Notes under the pieces: generated by a model
What the model was told of the DNA's origin: nothing
The model's database searches: none
Seen by the model: only the letters and a program-made list of their open reading frames with translations
In this document: positions 60,112 through 64,000 of the stretch, one piece after another
Layout: each line of letters begins with the position of its first letter
Position numbering within the stretch: position 1 is the first letter of the stretch
Position numbers and translations under genes: made by a program
NCBI GenBank assembly: GCA_052279835.1
Contig: CP181291.1
Location: forward strand, 576,001-640,000
DNA: 64,000 nt
Direction of reading: 5' to 3'
Source: Microcoleus sp.
GTDB lineage: Bacteria > Cyanobacteriota > Cyanobacteriia > Cyanobacteriales > Microcoleaceae

Positions 60112-62718
60112 TCAAACAGTGGCGATCGCTAGTTTGACACACCGTTGTATATAAATTTGAGCTACACTATCTGTAGGATGGTGTTGCAGACAGGCCGAAA
60201 ATAATTCTCTAGCTTCTACAAACCTGTTGCTATGATAATATACCAAAGCTTGTTCAAAGATGGCTTTAGTCTCTAACTTTTTCTGTCGCGACTCCGGCCC
60301 ATCCGCCTCAAATACTTCATAAACTGTGATGGGTCGCGATTTACCTTTAACTTTGACGCGATCGACTAACCTCAAATCATAAACTTCTTCCAACTGGATA
60401 AAAGTATTGTGAGTAATTAACATCGATACTCCATATTCTTTCGTCAAATTTTCAATGCGGGAGGCTAAATTTACTGCATCACTAATCACCGTACTATCCA
60501 TCCGATTTTGCCCCCCAACAGTCCCCAACATTAAAGAACCTGTATTGATACCAATGCCAATTTGTAGCGGCTGGCGATCGGGTTGAGTACGAGTAGTATT
60601 GTATTCATTTAGTTGCTCTAGCATCACAATTCCAGCTTTCACAGCATGGTCTGCACTACCATCAAACAATGCCATAATCGCATCGCCAATATATTTATCA
60701 ATAAAGCCATAATTATCAGTAATTGCGGGTTCCATCCGCGATAAATAACCATTAATAAATTGAAAATTTTCTTGGGGATTCATAGTTTCAGATAGCGTTG
60801 TGAAATCACGAATATCTGAAAATAGCACCGACATTTCTTTTTGTACCTGATCCCCTAATTTCACCTCTAAAATACTTTCATATCCCAGAAAATACAGAAA
60901 TTCATGCGGCACAAATCGCCCGTAAGCATCTGTTAATTTTTCTTCTGCTGCTAGGGCTTTTTCTAAGTCGTCTGTGAATTGACGGCGCTCTTTTTCTACA
61001 CATTGACGTTCTGTGATATCTTGAAATGCTGCGATCGCATAGACTATATTTTTTCCTTCGTCGTAAATTGGTGTCGCCCAAACCTCAATGGGCACAATCC
61101 GATCGGGGCGGTGAATTTCAGCATCATCAACACGCACAACTTCTCCTCGCAGCGCCCGAATCACCGGTTGGCGATCCATGGGATATAATTGATTAGTTCC
61201 CGCACAATAAGCTTGATAAACTTCTGGTAACTTACCAGGAATAACATCGCAAACTAAACCTTGACCAAATATCTTTGTACCGGCCGAATTCATGTAGCAA
61301 GGTTTTCCATTAGCATCTACGACAAATATTCCCACCGGCATCGCTTCCAGTAATTGAGTCAGCCGATTTTCACTTTCTGACAATTCCTCATTTAACTTTT
61401 CTTCTGCTGCTAAAGCTTTTTCCAAATCATTGGTAAACCTGAGCCGTTCCATTTCTACCTCTTTTCGCAGAGTAATATCCTCAGCAAAACCCTGGTAGTA
61501 AAGCACGTCACCATTCCCATCAAAAATAGTGCGTGCATACTCAGAAATCCAAATAATCCTACCATCTTTGCAGTAAACCTGAGACTCAAACTCAGATAGA
61601 GTACCGTGGTTTTTCATCAAATTCAGAAACTCTTGACGGCGATTCGGGGTCACATACAATTGGTGCTCAATATCATTAACAGTTGCTATCAATTCTGCTG
61701 GCGAATCATAGCCATAGATTTGAGCGAGAGCCGGATTAGCACTCATAAAATGTCCGTCTGTCGTAGTCTGAAAAATACCTTCAAGAGCATTTTCAAATAT
61801 GCTGCGATACTTCTCCTCAGCTTGAATTAAGGCTGCTTCCGCTTTCTTCCGTTCCGTAATATCAGTAAAAGCGATAATCCCATCGGAAATTTCCCCTATA
61901 GAATCATAAATTGGAGTCGCCCAACTTTCAATGGGAATAATCTTATTACCAGCACGAATTTCTACACTTTCAGTGCGCATATTTTCGCCCCGAAGTGCGC
62001 GCATAATTGGCAATTCTTCTACAGGACATCTCTGATTTGTTCCTGATTTATAAAATTGATAAATTGCTGCTTTTTGCTCGGAATTAATATGGGGTACAGT
62101 TCCTTTACCAAAGATCTCCCGCGCTTTCTGATTTGCATAAAAAGATTGACCGCTGGCATCGAGCACGCACACACCCAACGGCATCGCTTCTAAATATTGC
62201 CTCAAGCGACTTTCGTTTTCGTGGAGTGTAGCAATTAACCTTGCCTGCTTGCGACTTAATTTTGCTAATTCCTGATTCATCTCCTGAAGTTCTACTTGTT
62301 TTTCCGCAAGTTGTTTCTCCTGAAAATACTTATATATTGCCTCTGTTACTGTTAGTTTCAGATCGTCAGGCTGCCAAGGCTTAGCGATATAACGATATAA
62401 TTTGGCATAGTTAATAGCATTAGTAACTGCTTCCAAATCAGCTTGTCCAGTCAGCATAATATTCAGAGATTTCGGAGATATAGCATGAACGTTTCTTAGT
62501 AGTTCGTCTCCTTTCATATTCGGCATAATTTGATCGCAAATAATCAAAGGAACTTCATAGTTATCTGCCAGTAATTGTGACAGTAACTCTAAGGCTTCTT
62601 CACCGCTTTCTGCCGTTTCAATTAAATATTTATCTTCAAAGGCTTTGAGCAAATCTATTTCCAGACTATTTAGTATAGTCGGCTCGTCATCTACACAAAT
62701 AATGACTGGTTTTTTCAT
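60112..62718 (-). CDS. Class III adenylate cyclase REC-PASx3-CYC
   Basis: FSDIR.FT, DKYIGDAIMA, GIGINTG, D.TVISDAVNLASRIE, VKGK. Confidence 0.9.
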   Translation of the reverse strand: MKKPVIICVDDEPTILNSLEIDLLKAFEDKYLIETAESGEEALELLSQLLADNYEVPLIICDQIMPNMKGDELLRNVHAISPKSLNIMLTGQADLEAVTNAINYAKLYRYIAKPWQPDDLKLTVTEAIYKYFQEKQLAEKQVELQEMNQELAKLSRKQARLIATLHENESRLRQYLEAMPLGVCVLDASGQSFYANQKAREIFGKGTVPHINSEQKAAIYQFYKSGTNQRCPVEELPIMRALRGENMRTESVEIRAGNKIIPIESWATPIYDSIGEISDGIIAFTDITERKKAEAALIQAEEKYRSIFENALEGIFQTTTDGHFMSANPALAQIYGYDSPAELIATVNDIEHQLYVTPNRRQEFLNLMKNHGTLSEFESQVYCKDGRIIWISEYARTIFDGNGDVLYYQGFAEDITLRKEVEMERLRFTNDLEKALAAEEKLNEELSESENRLTQLLEAMPVGIFVVDANGKPCYMNSAGTKIFGQGLVCDVIPGKLPEVYQAYCAGTNQLYPMDRQPVIRALRGEVVRVDDAEIHRPDRIVPIEVWATPIYDEGKNIVYAIAAFQDITERQCVEKERRQFTDDLEKALAAEEKLTDAYGRFVPHEFLYFLGYESILEVKLGDQVQKEMSVLFSDIRDFTTLSETMNPQENFQFINGYLSRMEPAITDNYGFIDKYIGDAIMALFDGSADHAVKAGIVMLEQLNEYNTTRTQPDRQPLQIGIGINTGSLMLGTVGGQNRMDSTVISDAVNLASRIENLTKEYGVSMLITHNTFIQLEEVYDLRLVDRVKVKGKSRPITVYEVFEADGPESRQKKLETKAIFEQALVYYHSNRFVEARELFSACLQHHPTDSVAQIYIQRCVKLAIATV

Positions 62719-63110
62719 AATCTTCCTATACCAGACTTAATCGCTTCAATTAATTCTTGATGGTTCCAAGGTTTTGCTAATAAAGCATGGACGTTTGCTT
62801 GATTTTTGGTACGTTCAATCGCATCTTTGTCAGCTTGTCCAGTCAGCATCACAGTCACAATTTTTGGATATTTTTGATGAATCTCGATCAGCAACTGATC
62901 TCCTTTCATTCCAGGCATTAACCAATCAGAGACAATCACCAGGATATTTACCTCATCTTGACATAACTCTGCAATAATCTCCAGTGCTTCGGCCGCACTT
63001 TCAGCAAATTCGTAGAGATAATGTCCGTTAAAAGCCTGTTGCAGTTCTATTTCCAGACTTTCTAGTACGGATATTTCATCGTCTACACACAGAATAGCTG
63101 GTTTAACCAT
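62715..63110 (-). CDS. Single-domain response regulator
   Basis: ILCVDDE, VSDWLMP, LTGQA, AKPW; ATG 63110. Confidence 0.88.
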   Translation of the reverse strand: MVKPAILCVDDEISVLESLEIELQQAFNGHYLYEFAESAAEALEIIAELCQDEVNILVIVSDWLMPGMKGDQLLIEIHQKYPKIVTVMLTGQADKDAIERTKNQANVHALLAKPWNHQELIEAIKSGIGRL

Positions 63111-63224
63111 TGCTTGTTTCCTCTTTGAGTATAGTATGCTGATTGGGCGAGCGCGATCGGCAAGATTTCCCAATTAATTATACAATCCCGACACGGAATT
63201 ATTTCGAGCGCATAACCCACTTAC

Positions 63225-64000
63225 CTACTCCGGTAAATTTATCGGCAAAGAGACTGTAAATGTAGTTTTAGCAGGCATCGATTCCACATCAATTTTACCC
63301 TGATGTTTATCAATTATTTTTCGGACAATATCCAATCCTAAACCGCTGCCTTCGCCGATGGATTTAGTAGTAAAGAACGGCTCAAATATTTTTGGCAATA
63401 CTTCAGGCGGAATTCCCTTGCCACTATCAGTAATGCTAATTTTTACCCAGTTATTTTCATGTACTATATCAATTCTTAAAATTCCTTTATCGTCCATCGC
63501 TTGTAAAGAATTATGCACTAAATTTGTCCAAACTTGATGGAGTTCGTCGGGATAGCACAGTACCGCTGGCACTCCGGCTTGATAGTTTTTGATGACTTCG
63601 ACACCGTGTTTGAGTTGATTCTGGTAAAGAGTTAATACAGTTTCGATTCCCTCAGCAATATTCACCTCTAATTTTTCTCCATTAAAGTCGTAACGCGCAT
63701 AACTTTTCAACGCAAACACGACTTTTGCTGCACGTTCGGTAGCGGTAGCGATCGTTTTAGCACTTCTCTGAATACTAGAAAACTCATAAGCTGTCTTGAG
63801 GATTTTTTCGCTATCCGGGTCTTTTAACAGCGACAAAAATGATTGTAAATCTGTCTGCAAGCCGAGATTGACTAACATACCAGCAAGACTGTCCGCATTA
63901 CCAATCTCTTGGAACTCTAGCTGCTGCTTCACACCTCTTTTGAATTCTCGTTTTTCTCGCGTCGATAAAGAGTAATCCTGTTTGCTGGAAACTGTGCATT
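63225..64000 (-). CDS. C-terminal part of a sensor histidine kinase (begins beyond the window)
   Basis: QVWTNL..N..QAM, DSG.GI, FFTTK, GEGSGLGL; frame open to the window edge. Confidence 0.85.
   Translation of the reverse strand, partial: CTVSSKQDYSLSTREKREFKRGVKQQLEFQEIGNADSLAGMLVNLGLQTDLQSFLSLLKDPDSEKILKTAYEFSSIQRSAKTIATATERAAKVVFALKSYARYDFNGEKLEVNIAEGIETVLTLYQNQLKHGVEVIKNYQAGVPAVLCYPDELHQVWTNLVHNSLQAMDDKGILRIDIVHENNWVKISITDSGKGIPPEVLPKIFEPFFTTKSIGEGSGLGLDIVRKIIDKHQGKIDVESMPAKTTFTVSLPINLPE

Overview
This is a chromosomal segment of a filamentous cyanobacterium, probably Oscillatoriales (Microcoleus/Tychonema-like). The inference rests on frequent HIP1 GCGATCGC octamers, heptamer STRR arrays, ndhM, sbtAB and a phytochrome. 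It holds the likely replication origin (dnaA-oriC-dnaN, with a cluster of TTTTCCACA boxes) and housekeeping genes (gap1, tkt, lysS, def, ndhM, hhoA). It also carries TPR-fused glycan-modifying enzymes, four TerD-family genes, three paralogous CBS-like sensor kinases and a 17-kb signalling region (biliverdin-type phytochrome, CBCR-like hybrid kinase, ethylene-receptor-like kinase, adenylate cyclase). Intergenic DNA is rich in small mobile repeats. Two non-coding observations stand out. (1) At 40126-40504, a 377-bp recombinase-less element sits at a CT core inside a GTAG-type REP. Its minus strand encodes what looks like an IS110/IS621-type bridge RNA whose target guides match its own insertion site. 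It ends exactly at the left donor guide and carries a 20-bp HIP1-core tandem array. (2) At 42441-45032, a three-gene cassette (LysR, DJ-1/PfpI, NADP oxidoreductase) is bounded by the same terminal repeats as a 196-bp MITE, with att-like 9-bp direct cores. All calls come from reading the sequence; no database searches were run.
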